64,000 nt of DNA from the human T2T-CHM13v2.0 reference genome, Homo sapiens, in NCBI RefSeq assembly GCF_009914755.1, contig NC_060934.1, one strand, 5' to 3'. A program made the translations under genes and the position numbers. Below the pieces are notes generated by a model. It saw nothing but the letters and a program-made list of their open reading frames with translations, did no database searches and had not been told where the DNA came from. Below are positions 1 through 17,080 of this stretch, in pieces (the stretch's first letter is position 1; every line of letters begins with the position of its first letter).

Positions 1-961
1 TGTTTCTTCTGATTCAGCAGGTTGGAAACACTTTTTGTAGGATCTGTGAAGGTACATTTGGGAGCCCATAGAGGTTTAAGGGAAAAAAAGGATTATCCCC
101 CCAAAAAACTAGAAAGAAGCTATCCGTGAAACTGCTTTGAGATGTGTCTATTAATCTCAGAGAGTTAAACCTTTCTTTTGACTCAGTGGGCTACCAAATA
201 TTGGAAACACTCTTTTTGGAGCACCTATGAAGAGACATTTAAGCACTCAAAGAGGCCCATGGGGAAAAAACAAATATCCCTAGACAAAAACTAGAAAAAA
301 TCTAACTGTGAAACTGCTTTGTGATGTATGGATTCTTCTCAAGAGCTAAATCCTTCTTTTGATTCAGCAGGTTGGAAACACTTTTTCTAGAATCTACAAA
401 GGGAAATTTGGAAGCTCATTGAAGCTAAAAGGGAACAACTGAATAAACCCAGATAAAACTAGAAAGAAGCTATCTGTGAATCTGCTTTGTGATGTGTGGA
501 TTTGTCTTACAGAGTTAAACCTTTCTTTTGATTCAGCAGGTTGGATTCATTCTTTTCAGAGGATCTGCAAATGGACATATTAGTGCTCAAAGGGGTCTAT
601 GGGGAAAAATCGAATACACCCAGGTAAAAAATAAAAACTGCCTGTGAAACTGCTTTGTAATGTGTGGAGTCATCTCACAGTGTTAAATTTTTCTTCTTAT
701 TCAGCAGGTTGGAAACACTCTTATTGCAGAATCTGCTAAGGGACATTTGTGAGCCCTTTGAGGCCAATAAAAAATGAATATCTCCAGGTAGAAACTAGAA
801 AGAAGCTATCTGTGCCACTGCTTTATGATGTGTGAATTCATTTCAGAGAGTTAACCCTTTCTTTTGATTCAGCAGGATGGAAACACTCTTTTTGTAGAAT
901 CTGCAAAGGTACTTTTGGGAGCCCATAGAGGTTTAAGGGAAAATCCAAATATCCCCCTGCC

Positions 962-985
962 AAAAAAAAAAAAAAAAAAAAAAAA
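962..985 (+). repeat. Poly-A run (24 nt) inside an alpha satellite monomer
   Basis: CCCCCTGCC-A24-CCGGAAAGAA replaces the consensus CCCCAGATAAAAACTAGAAAGAA. Confidence 0.9.
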
Positions 986-3900
986 CCGGAAAGAATGTAT
1001 CTGTGAAAGTGCTTTGTGATGTGTGGATTTATCTCAAAGAGCTAAACCGTTCTTTGATTCACCAGGTTGGAAACACTTTTTTGGAGATTCTGTGAAGGGA
1101 CATTTAAGCACAGGAAGAGGCCTGTGGGGAAGAAATAAATATCCCTAGATAAAAAGTAGAAATAAATTATCATCTGTGAAACTTCTTTGTGATGTCTAGA
1201 TTATTCTCAAAGAGTTGAATTTTTTTTTTTATTTATTTAGTAGGTTGAAAACACTTTTTTTATTTTTAGAATCTGTGAAGGAAAATTTGGAAGACCTTTG
1301 GGGACCTTTGGAGGAACCCAAAAAAACCTTAGATTAAATCTAAACATAAGCTTTCTGTGAAACTGCTTTGTGATGCATAGATTCATCACACAGAGTCAAA
1401 CCTTTCTTTTGATACACCAGGTTGGAAACACTCTTTTGGCAGAATCTGAGAAAGGATATTTTTGGGCTCATTGAGGTCTATGGGAAAGAAGTGAATATCC
1501 CCAGATAAAAACCAGAAAGAAGCTATTTGTGAAATCACTTTGTGAAATGTGGATTCATCTCAGGGAGTTCAATATTTTTTTTGTATTCAGTACGTGTGAA
1601 ACACTCTTAATGGAGAATATGTGAAAGGACATGTGGGAGTCCTGTAAGGTGTAGGGGAAAAACAAAATATCCCCAGATAAAAACTAGAAAGAAGCTGTCT
1701 GTGAAAATTCTTTGTTATGTGTGGATTCATCTAACAGAACTAAACCTCAATTTTGATTCAGCAGGTTTTACACATTCTTTTTGGAGACTGCCAATGGACA
1801 TTTGGGAGCCCATAGAAGCATATGAAGAAAAACGGAATATCTCAAGATTAAAACTAGAAAGAAACAGTCTGTGAAGCTGGTTTGTGATGTGTGGATTCAT
1901 CTTGCAGAATTAATGTTTTCTTTTGAATCAGCAAATTGGAAACACTCTCTTTGGAGAATCTGTGAAAGGACATTTGAAAGCCCATTGACACCTTTGGGGG
2001 AAAACAGAATATCCCCACATAAAAACTGGAAAGAGTATCTGTGAAAGTGCTTTGTGATGTGTGGATTCATCTCACAGAGTTAAATGTGTCTCTTGATTCA
2101 GCAGGTTGGAAACACTCTTTTTGGAAAATCTGCAAAGGGACATTTAAGAGCTCATTGAGGCCTAAGGGGAATAACCAAATATTCCCAAATGAAAACTGTA
2201 AATAATATATCTGTGAAACTGCTTTGTGATGTGTGGATTCATCTCTCAGAGTTAAACCTTTCTTTGATTCAGCAGGTTGGAAACATTTTCTTTCTAGAAT
2301 CTGCAAAGAAATATTTGGTAGCCTATTGAGGATTATAAAGAGAAACTGAATATTCCCAGGTGAAAACCAGAAAGAAGCTACCTGTGAAACTGCTTTGTTT
2401 TGTGTGGATTCATCTCACAGAGTTCAACCTTGGTTTTGATTCAGCAGGTTGGAAACACCCTTGTAGGAGAAATTGAGAAGGAACATTTGAGAGTCCATTG
2501 AGGCCTACTGGTTATAACCAAATATTCCCAGATAAAAACTAGAAAGAAGCTCTCTGTGAAACTGCTTTGTGATATGTGGATTCTTTTCACAGTGCTAACC
2601 ATTTCTTTTGATTCACCAGGTTACAAACACTCTTTTTGTAGAATCTGCTACGTGATAAAAACTAAAAGGAAGCTATTTGTGAGACTAATTTCTGATGTGT
2701 TGATTCATATCACAGAGTTAAATCATTGTTTTGATTCAGAAGTAGGGAAATACTCTTTTTGGAAAATCTGTGAAGGGACGATTGGGAGCCCTTTGAGGCC
2801 TACGTGGAAAAACTGAATATTTCCAGATAAAAACTGAAATGAAGCTACCTGTGAACATGCTTTGTGACGTGTGGATTCATCTCACAGAGTTGAATCTTTC
2901 TTTTGATTCAGCAGGTTGGAAACACTGTTTTCGGAGAATCTGCAAAGAAATATTTTGGAGGCCATGGATGCTGAAGCAGCAAAACCAAATATCCAAAGAT
3001 AAAAACTAGAAAGAAGTTATCTGTGAAACTGCTTTGTGATGTGTGGGTTCCTCTCACAGAGTTAAGCCTTTGTTTTGATTCACCAGGTTGAAAACACACT
3101 TTTTGAGGATCCACGAAGGGACATTTGGGAGCCAATTGAGGTCTGCAGGGAAAAACCGAATGTCCCTGGATAAAAACTGGAAATCAGCTGTCTATGCAAC
3201 TGTTTTGGGATGAGTGGGCTCATCTCACAGAGTTAACACTTTTCTGTGATTCAGCAGGATAGAAACACTCGTTTTGTAGTATCTGCGAAGGGAAATTTGG
3301 GACACCTTTGGGGTCTGTGGTTAAAAATTGAATATCCCCAGATAAAAGCTAGAAATAAGCTATCTGTGAAACTGCTTTATGATGTGTGAATTCATCTCAC
3401 AGAGGTAAAACTATTTTTGATTCAGCAGATTGGAAACACTCTCTTTGTAGAATCTGTGAAGGGACATTTTGTAGCCTATTTAGGCCTACGGTGAAAAACC
3501 AAATATCCCCAGGTAAAAACTGCAGACAATATATCTGTGAAATTGCTTTGTGATGTGTGGATTCTTCTCACAGAGTTAAACCTTTCTTTTTATTCAGCAG
3601 GTTGGAAACACTCACTTTATAGAATCTGTGAAGGAATAATTGGGAGCCTATTGAGGCCTATGGGGAAAAACCAAATATCTCCAGATAAAAAACTAGAATG
3701 AAGCTATCTGTGAAACTGCTTTGTGATGTGTGGATTAATCTCATAGAGTTAAAACTTTTTCTGATTCAGCTGGCTAAAACAATCTTTTTGTAGTATCTGT
3801 GAAGGGACCTTTGGATTCCCAGTGAGGCCTATTTGGAAAAACAGAATATCCCCAGTTAAAATCTAGAAAGAAGCTATCTGTGGAACTGTTTTTTGATGTG

Positions 3901-6900
3901 TGCATTCATCTCAGAGTTATAACTTTCTTTTGACTCAGGAGGTTGGAAACAGTCTTTTTGGAGAATCTGTGAAGGGTCATTCAGGAACCCATTGTGGCCT
4001 ACTTGAAGAAACTGAATATCCCCAGACAAAAACTAGAAAGAAGCTCTGTGTGAAATTGCTTTGTGATGTTTTAAGTAAAAAAGGTAAACCTACCTGTGAA
4101 ACTGCTTTGTGATGTGTGGATTAATCTCATGGATTTAAACCTTTCCTTTGAATCAGCAGATTGTAAACATTTTATTGGAGAAACTGCAAAGGGACAATTG
4201 GGAGCCTATTAAAGGCTGAAGGTTGGAAACCCTCTTCTTGGAAAATCTGCACAGGAATGTTTGGGAGCCCATTGTGACCTATGGGAAAAAAACCAAGTAT
4301 CTTCAGATAAAAACTAGAAGTTTCCTTCTGTGAAAATGCTATGTGATATATGGATTCATCTTATAGAGTTAAAACTTTCTTTTTGTTCATTAGGTTGGAA
4401 ACACTCTTTTTGAAGAATCTTTGGAAGGAGGTTAGGGAGCCCATTGAGGCCTATGGGGAAAAACTGAATATACCCAAATACAAACCAGAAAGAAGCTCTC
4501 TGTGAAACTGCTTTGTGATGTGTGGATTCATCCCACAAAATTAAACCTTTCTTTTGTTTCAGCAGCTTGGAAACACTGTTTTTGGAGAATCTGCAAAGGG
4601 ACATTTTGGAGTCCATTTCAACCTATGGGGAAAAATAGAGTATCCCAAGAAAAAAACCAAAATAATGAAATCTGTGAACCTCACTGTTCTGTGTTAATTC
4701 ATCTCGGTTAGTTAAACCTTTCTTTTGATACAGCAGGCTGAAAAGTCTTTTTGGAGAATCTTCAAAGGGACATTTTGAGCCCATTGTTACCTTCGGGGGA
4801 AAAAAAACAGAAAAAAAAAAACAAGCTATGTCTGAAACAAATACGTGATGTATGGACTCATCTTACAGAATTAAACCTTCTTTTGTTTCAGCAGGATGTA
4901 AGCACTTTTCTTGGAGAACCTCTGAAGGGACATTTGGGATCCCAGTGAGGCTTATTGGGCAAAACAAAATATCCCCAGATAAAAACCAGAAAGAAGCTTT
5001 CTGTGAAGCTGCTTTGTGATGTGTGGATTGGTTTTACAGAGTTAAACCCTTCAATTTTATTCAGTAGGTTGGAAACACTATTTTTGGAGGATCTGTGAAG
5101 GGACACTTGGGAGCCCTTTGAGGCCTAAAAGGAAAAATTGAATTTCCCCAGAAAAAAAAAAATTCAAAGAAGCTGTCAGTGAAACTGCTTTGTGATGTGT
5201 GCATTCGTCTCACAGAGTTTAGTTTTATTTTGATTGAGCAGGTTGGAAACACTCTTTTTGGAGAATCTGCAAGGGGATATTTGTGAGCCCATTGAGGCCT
5301 ATGGTAAAGAAATGAATATCCCCAGTTAAAAACTACAAACGAGTTATCTGTGAAACAGCTTTGTGATATGTGGATTCATCTTTTAATTTTAATCTTTTAT
5401 TTTGATTCAGCAGGTTGGAAAAAATTTTTTTGGAGAATATGTGAAGGGACATTTTGGAGCCCAATTAGTCCTATGGAGAAAAATCGAATATCCCAAATAA
5501 AAAGTAGAAATAAGCATCTATAAAACTGTTTTGTGAATGTGGATTCTTCTCATAGTGAAAACATTTCTTTTGAGTCATCACAGAAATACTATTTCCTTAG
5601 AATCTGCGAAGTGAAATTTGGGAGCCCATTGAGGCCTAAGAAGAAAACCTGAATATCCAAAGATAAAAATTAGAATGAAGTATCTATAAAGCTGCTTTGT
5701 GATGTGTGGATTTTACAAAAGAGTTAAACCTTTCTTTTGATTCAGGAGGTTGGAAACGCTGTTTTTGCAGAATCTGTGAAGGCACATTTGACAGCCCATT
5801 GAGGCCTAAGAAGAAAAACTGAATATTCACAGATAAAAACTGAAGGAATCTTTCTGTGAAACTGCTTTGTGACGTGTTGATTCATCTCACAAAATGAAAC
5901 TTTTCTTTTAATTCAGCAGGCTGTAAACTGTCTTTTTGAAGAACTTGTGAGGGGACAATTGAGAGCCCATTGATACCTATGGAGAAAAAGCAAATATTCC
6001 CAGATAAAAACTGAAAGAACCTTTCTGTGAAACTGGTTTGTGTTGTGTTGATTCATCTCACAAAATTAAACCATTCTTTTAATTCAGCAGGCTCTAAACA
6101 GTCTTTTTGAAGAATCTGTGAAGGGACATTTTAGAGCCCATTGAAGACAATGGAGAAAACCCGAGTGTCTGCAGATAAAAACCAGAAAGAAGCTGTCTGT
6201 GAAACTTCTTTGTGAAGTCTGGATTCATCTCACTTTTGTAAACTTGTCTTTTGATTCCTCAGGTTGGAAATATTCTTTTTTGGCGAATCTGTGAAGAGTT
6301 ATTTGGGAGCCCATTGAGGCCTATAACAAATAATCAAATGTCTCCAGATAAAAACTAGAAGGAACCTATCTGTGAAATGGCTTTGTGATGAGTGAATTTT
6401 TCTCACAGAGGTAAATTTTACTTTTTATTCATTGGGTTGGAAACACTCTTTTTGTAGAATTTGCAAAAGAACAATTAAGAGCCCACTGAAAACTAAGGGG
6501 AAAATTGAACATCAGAAGATAAAAGCTAAAATGAAGCTATGTGTGAAACTGTTTTGTGATGTGTGCATTCATTTCACAGAGATAAAACTTTCTTTTCATT
6601 CAGCAGCTTGGAAAAGCTCTTTTTAGAAAATCTGCAATGGGACATTTGGGAGCCTATTGAAGCCTGTGGGGAAAAACAGGATATCCCCAGATAAAAACTT
6701 GATAGAAGCTATCTGTGAAACTGCTTTGTAATGTGTGGATTCATCTCACATAGTTAAATCTTTCATTTGTTTCAGCAGGTTGGAAACACTTTATTTAGAG
6801 GATAAGTGAAGGGATATTTTAGATCCCATTGAGGCGTAAGGGGAAAAATAATATATCCCCAGGTAAAAACTAGAAACAAGCTGTCTGTGAAACAGCTTTG

Positions 6901-8999
6901 TGAGGTGTGGATTCTTCTCACAAAGTTAAGACTTCTTTTCAGTAAGCAGGTTGGGGACAGTCTTTTTAGAGAATGTACAAAAGGACATTTTGGAGCCCAT
7001 TTAGGTCTATGAAAAAAAAATCCCAAGATAAAAATTAGAAAAACACTATCTGTGAAACTGCATTGTGATGTGTGGATTCTTCTCACAAAGATAAATATTT
7101 ATTTTGATTCAGCAGGTTGGAAACACTCACTTTGGAGAATCTTCAAAGGGACATTTGGAAGCCCTTTGAGGCATATGGGGAAAACTGTGTATCTCCAGAT
7201 ATAAACTACAAAGAAGCTACCTGTAAAATTGCCCTGTGATCTGTGGATTCATCTCACAGAATTAAACCTTTTTTTTCCAGCAGGTTGGAAACACTTATTT
7301 TGTAGAATCTGTGAAGGAACATTTTGGGGCCCATAGAGATCAATAATTAAAAATGAATATCCCCAGATAAAAACTAGAAAGAAAGTATCTGTGAAGCTGC
7401 TTTGCGATGTGTGGATTCATCTCACAGAAGTAATGCTTTCTTTTGATTAAGTAGCTTAAAAGCACTTTTTTTGGAGTATTTTCGAAGGGACATTTTGGGA
7501 CCCATTTGTCCCTATATGATAAAACCGAATATCCACAGAAAAAAAAACTAGAAAGGAGCTATCTGTGAAACTGCTTTGTGATGTGTGCTTTCACCTCACA
7601 GAGTTTTACCTTTATTTTGATTCAGCAGATTGGAAATACTGTTTTCAGAGAATCTGCAAGAGGACATTTTGGAGCTCATTGAAGACTATAAGTAAACACA
7701 GAATATCCCCAGATAAAAAGTAGAAAGAGGCTATCCGTGAAACTGTTTTGTTTTGTGTGTATTTGTCTCACATAGATAAACTTTTCTTTTGCTCCAGCAG
7801 GTTGGAAACACTCTTTTTCTAGAATCTGCTAAGGGACATTTGAAAAGCCCTTCAGGCCTATGGGGAAAAATGAATATCCCTTGATAAAAAGTAGAAAGAA
7901 GCTCTCAGTGAAACTTCTTTGTGATGTGTGGATTCATCTCAGAGTGTTCAACTTTTGTTTTGATTCAGCAGGTGTGAAACACTCTTTTTGTAGAATCTGC
8001 AAAGAAACATTTTAGATCCTATTGAGGCCAATGGGGAAAAAACAAATATTCCCAGATAAAAAGTAGAAAAGGGCTATCTGTGAAACTTCTTTGTGATGTG
8101 TGGATTCACTTCACAGTGTTAAATGCTTCTTTTGATTCAGCAGATTGGAAGCACTCTTTTTGTAGAATACGTGATAAAACATTTAGGAGCCCATTGAGGC
8201 CTATGGAGAAAAACAGAATATCCTGAGATAAAACTAGAAACTGCTTTGTGGTGTGTCCACTCATCTCACAGAGTTAAAACCTTCTTTTAATTCAGCAGCA
8301 TAAAAATACTGTTTTTATAGAAACTGCAAAGGGACATTTGGGAGCCTGTAGAGGTTTAGGAAAAAAATGAATATCCCAGTTGAAAAGTAGAAAAAAGATC
8401 TCTGTGAAACTGCTTTGTGATGTGTAAATCATCTCAGAGAGTCAAATCTTTCTTTTGATTCCAGAGGTTGGACACACTCTTTTTGGACAATCTTCAAGGG
8501 GACATTTTGGCACTCAAAGAAACCTATGTGGAAAAACTAAATATCCACAGATGGAAACTAGAAAGAAACTATCTGTTAAATTGCTATGTAATGTGTCAAT
8601 TCATCTCACAGAGTTAAAGCTTTCTTTTGCTTCAGCAGTTTGGAAACACTGTAATTGGACAACCTGCAAAGGGACATTTTGGAGTTCCTTGAGGCCTATG
8701 GGGAAAATCTGAATATCCCCAGATTAAAACTTGAAAGAAGCTATTTATGAAACTGCTTTGTGATATGTGTATTCATCTCACAGATTTAAAGCTTTCTTTT
8801 CATTCAGCAGATTGGAAGCACTTTTTTTTAAGAATATGGGAAGGTACATTTTAGATCCCATTGATGTCCAAGGGGAAAAACAGAATATCTTAGATAAAAA
8901 CTAAAAGAAACTAGCCATGATCCTTCTTTTTGATGTGGGATACATGTCACTGAATTAAACCTTTCTTTTTATTCTACAGGTTAAAAACACTATGTTGGA

Positions 9000-9166
9000 G
9001 GCTGGGTGTAGTGGCTCATGCCTGTAATCCCAGCACTTTGGGAGGCCAAGGCAGGCAGATCACGATATCAGGAGATTGACACCATCCTGGCTAGCAGAGT
9101 GAATCCCCATCTCTACAAAAAACCAAAACCAAAACCAAAACCCCCCAAAACAAAACAAAACAAAAC
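9000..9166 (+). mobile_element. Alu, left arm only (AluY/AluSc-like), with CAAAA-rich tail and ~16 bp TSD
   Basis: GGCTGGGTGTAGTGGCTCATGCCTGTAATCCCAGCACTTTGGGAGGCC...CATCTCTAC followed by an A/C-rich tail. TSD is AAAACACTATGTTGGA (8984-8999) and AAAACACTATGCTGGA (9167-9182). A TT|AAAA endonuclease site lies at 8981-8986. Confidence 0.93.
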
Positions 9167-9170
9167 AAAA
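9116..9170 (+). repeat. (CCAAAA)n/(CAAAA)n microsatellite derived from the Alu A-rich tail
   Basis: CAAAAAACCAAAACCAAAACCAAAACCCCCCAAAACAAAACAAAACAAAACAAAA read directly. Confidence 0.9.
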
Positions 9171-12100
9171 CACTATGCTGGAGAATATGCAAATGAGCAT
9201 TTGGAAGCCCATTGATGTCTATTATTGAAATGCAAATATTCCCAGATAAAAACTAAAAAGATGCTATCTGTGAAAGTGTGTTTTGATGTGTAAATGCATC
9301 TCATAGAGTGAAACATTTATTTAGATTCCGCAGGTTGGAAATACTTCTTTCAGAAAATCTGCATAGGGATATTTGGGAGTCCATTGAGGCCAAAGGGGAA
9401 AAACCAAATATCTTAAGAAAAAAACTGGAAAGAAGCTACTTGTGGAACTGTTTTGTGATGTGTGGATTCATTTTTCAGAATTAACCTCTCTTTTGAATAA
9501 GCAAGTTGGAAACACTCTTTTTGTAAAATCTGTGAAGGGATATTTGGAAGCCCATTGAGGCCTATGGGGAAAAACTGAATATCCCCATATAAAAACTGGA
9601 AAGAAGATATCTGTGAACTGATTTTTGAAGCTTTGATTCAACTTACAGAGTAAAAGTAGTCTTTTGTTTCAGCAGTTTGAAAACTGTCTTTGTGGAGAAT
9701 CTGAGAAGGGATATTTGGGAGCCCACTGTGGCCTATGGAGAGAAACAAAATATCTCCAGATAAAACCTAGAAAGAAGCTATCTGTGAAAATTCTTTGTGA
9801 TGTGTGGATTCCTCTCACAGAGTTAAACCTTTCTTTTGATTCAGCAGCTTGGAAACACTCTTTTTGGAGGATCTGCAAAGGGACATTTTGGTGCTCAAAA
9901 AGGTCTATGGGGGAAAACTGAATACCCCCAGTTTAAAAAAATGGAAAGAACCGATCTGTGAAACTGTTCTGTGATGTGTGGACTCATCTCACAGAGTTAA
10001 AAGTCTCTTTTGTTTCAGCAGGTTGGAAACACACTTTTTGGAGAATCTACAAAAGGTCATTTAGGAACCCTTTGTGGCCAATGGGTAAACAGTACAAATA
10101 TCCCTAGATAAAAACTAGAAATAAGTTATCTGTGAACTGCTTTGTGATGTGTAGATTCTTCTCACAGAGTTAAATCTTTTCATTCCACAGGTTAGAAACA
10201 CTCTTTTTCTAGAATCTGCAAAGGGAAATTTGGGAGGGCATTGAGGCCTATTGGGAAAAAGTGATTATTGCCATATAAAACTAGAAAGAAGCTCCATGTG
10301 AAACTGCTTTGTGATGAGGGGATTCATCTCATAGTGTTAAACCTATCTTTTGATTCAGCAGGTTTGAAACATGGTTTTTGGAGACTGTGCAAAGAGACAT
10401 TTAGGAGCCCATTAAGGCACATGGGAAAAAATAGAATATTCCCAGATAAAAACTAGAAAGAAGCTTTCTTTGAAACTACTTTGTGATTGGTGTGTTCATC
10501 TCATGGAGTTAATCCTTTCTTTTAATTTGGCTAGTTGAAACAGTCTTTTTGCAGAATTTGTGAAGGGACACTGGGGAGCATACATGAAGCATACGTGAAA
10601 AAACTGAATATTCCCAGATAAAAAGTACTAAGAAGCTATCTGTGAAACTCTTTTGTGATGTGTGGATTCATCTCACAGAGTTAAATCTTTCTTTTGATTC
10701 ATCATGGTGAAAACACTCTTTTTGCAGAATCGGTGAATGGACGTTTGCGAAGTCCCTGAGGCCTACAGGAAAAAATCGAATATTTCCAAATTAAAAATTA
10801 GAAAGAAACTATCTGTGAAACTGCTTTATGATGCGTCTATTCATCTCAGTGAGCTATACCTTTCTTTTGATTCACCAGGTTGGAAACACTATTTTTGGAG
10901 AATTGGCAGTAGGGAAATTGGGAGCCCGTTGATGGCTATGGAAAAAAACTGAAAACCCCAGATGAAAATTTGAAAGAAGCTATCTGTGAAACTACTTTGT
11001 GATATGTGGATTCATCTCAGAGAGTTAAACCTCTCCTTTGATTGAAAATGATGGAAACACTCTTTTTGTAGATTTTGTGAAAGGGCATATGGGAGCCCAT
11101 ATAGGTTTAGGAATAAAAAGAAATATCCCCAGATAAAAAGTAGAAAAAAAGCAATCAGTAAAACTTCTTTGTGATGTGTGGATTTGTCTCATAAGGGTAA
11201 ACCTTTCTATCAATTCAGCAGGTTAGAAACACTATTTTCGTGTAATCAGTGAAGGGACATTTGGGAGCCCATTGAGGTCTATGGGGAAAAAACAAATATC
11301 TTCAGATAAAAATGGGAAAGAAGCTTTCTGTGAAACTGCTTTGTGATGTGTGGATTTATCTCACAGAGTTAAATCTTTTTTTGATACAGCAGATAGGAAA
11401 CATTCTTTTTGGAAAATCTGTGAATGGATATTTGTGAGCCCAATGTGGCCTATGGGAAAAACCTAATATACCCCAATAAAAACTAGAAATAATGTGTCTG
11501 TGAAACTGCTTTGTGATGTGTGGATTCATCTCACAAAGTTAAAACTTTCTTTTGATTTAAAATTTGGTAAACACTCTTTTTGGAGAATCTGCCAAGGGAT
11601 ATTTGACAGCCCATTGTGGCCTATTAGGAAAAACTGAATATCCCCAAATATAAAGCACAAGGAAGCCATCTGTGAAAATGCTTTCTGATGTGTGGATTCA
11701 TTTTGCAAAGTTAAACCTTTCTTTTGATTCAGCAGATTGGAAACACTCCTATTGGAAAATGTGAAAAGGGGCATTTTGGAGCTTATTTGGCTTATGGTGA
11801 AAAACTGAATATCCCCAGATAAAAACTAGAGGGAAACTATCTGTGAGACTGCTTTGTGATATGTGGATTCATCTCACAGAGTTAAGGTTTCCTTTTTATT
11901 CAGTAAATTTACAACACTCTTTTTGGAGAATCTTCGAAGGTACATTTTGGTGACTGTGAGGCCTAAGGGGAAAAATTGATTATCCCTGGATAAAAACTAG
12001 AAAGAAGCTATTTGAGAAACTGCTTTGTGATGTGTGGATTCACCTTACAGGGGTAAAACTTTCTTTTGATGCAGCAGTTTGGGACCACTCTTTTTGTAGA

Positions 12101-12899
12101 ATCTATAAAGGAATATTTGGGAGTCCATTGAGCCCTATGGGGGAAAAACTGAATATACCCAGATAAAAACTAGAAAGAAGCTATGTGTAAAATGTAGTTG
12201 TGCTGTTTGACTCATCTCACAGTGTTAAACCTTTCTTTTGATTCAGCTCGTTTGAAACAGCCTTTTTGAAGAATCTGCAAAAGGACATTTGGGAGCCCAT
12301 TGAGGCTTAAAGGTAAAAATAAAATATTTCCAGATAAAAACCAGGAAGAAGCTATCTGTGAAACTGCATTCTGATGTGCAGACTCATCTCACAGATTTAA
12401 ATCTTTCTTTTGATTCAGAAGTTGTAAACACTCTTTTTGGAAAATCTGAGAAGGGACATTTGGGAGCACATTGAGGCCCAAAGGGATACACGAAATATCC
12501 CCAGAAAAAAACTAGAAAGAAGCCATCTGTGAAACTGCTTTTGACGTGTGGATTTATTTGGCAGCGATAAACTTTTCTTTTGATTCAGCAGTTTGGAGAC
12601 AACCTTTTTGTAGAATATGTGCAGGGACATTTGGGAGCTTATTGAGGCCTGTAGGTAAAAACAGAATATCCCCAGATACAAAGTAGAAAGAAGCTATCTG
12701 TGAAACTGCTTTTTGATGTGTGGATTCAGCACATAGAGTTAAACATTCTTTTATTCAGCAGGATGGAAACACTCTTTTTGGAAAATCTGTGAATGGATAT
12801 TTGGGAACCCTTTGAGGGGTATGGGAAAAAATCGAATATTGCAAGATTAAAACTAGAAAGAAGTTAACTGTGAAACTGCTTTGTGATGTGTGGATTTAT

Positions 12900-17080
<4,181 letters not shown>

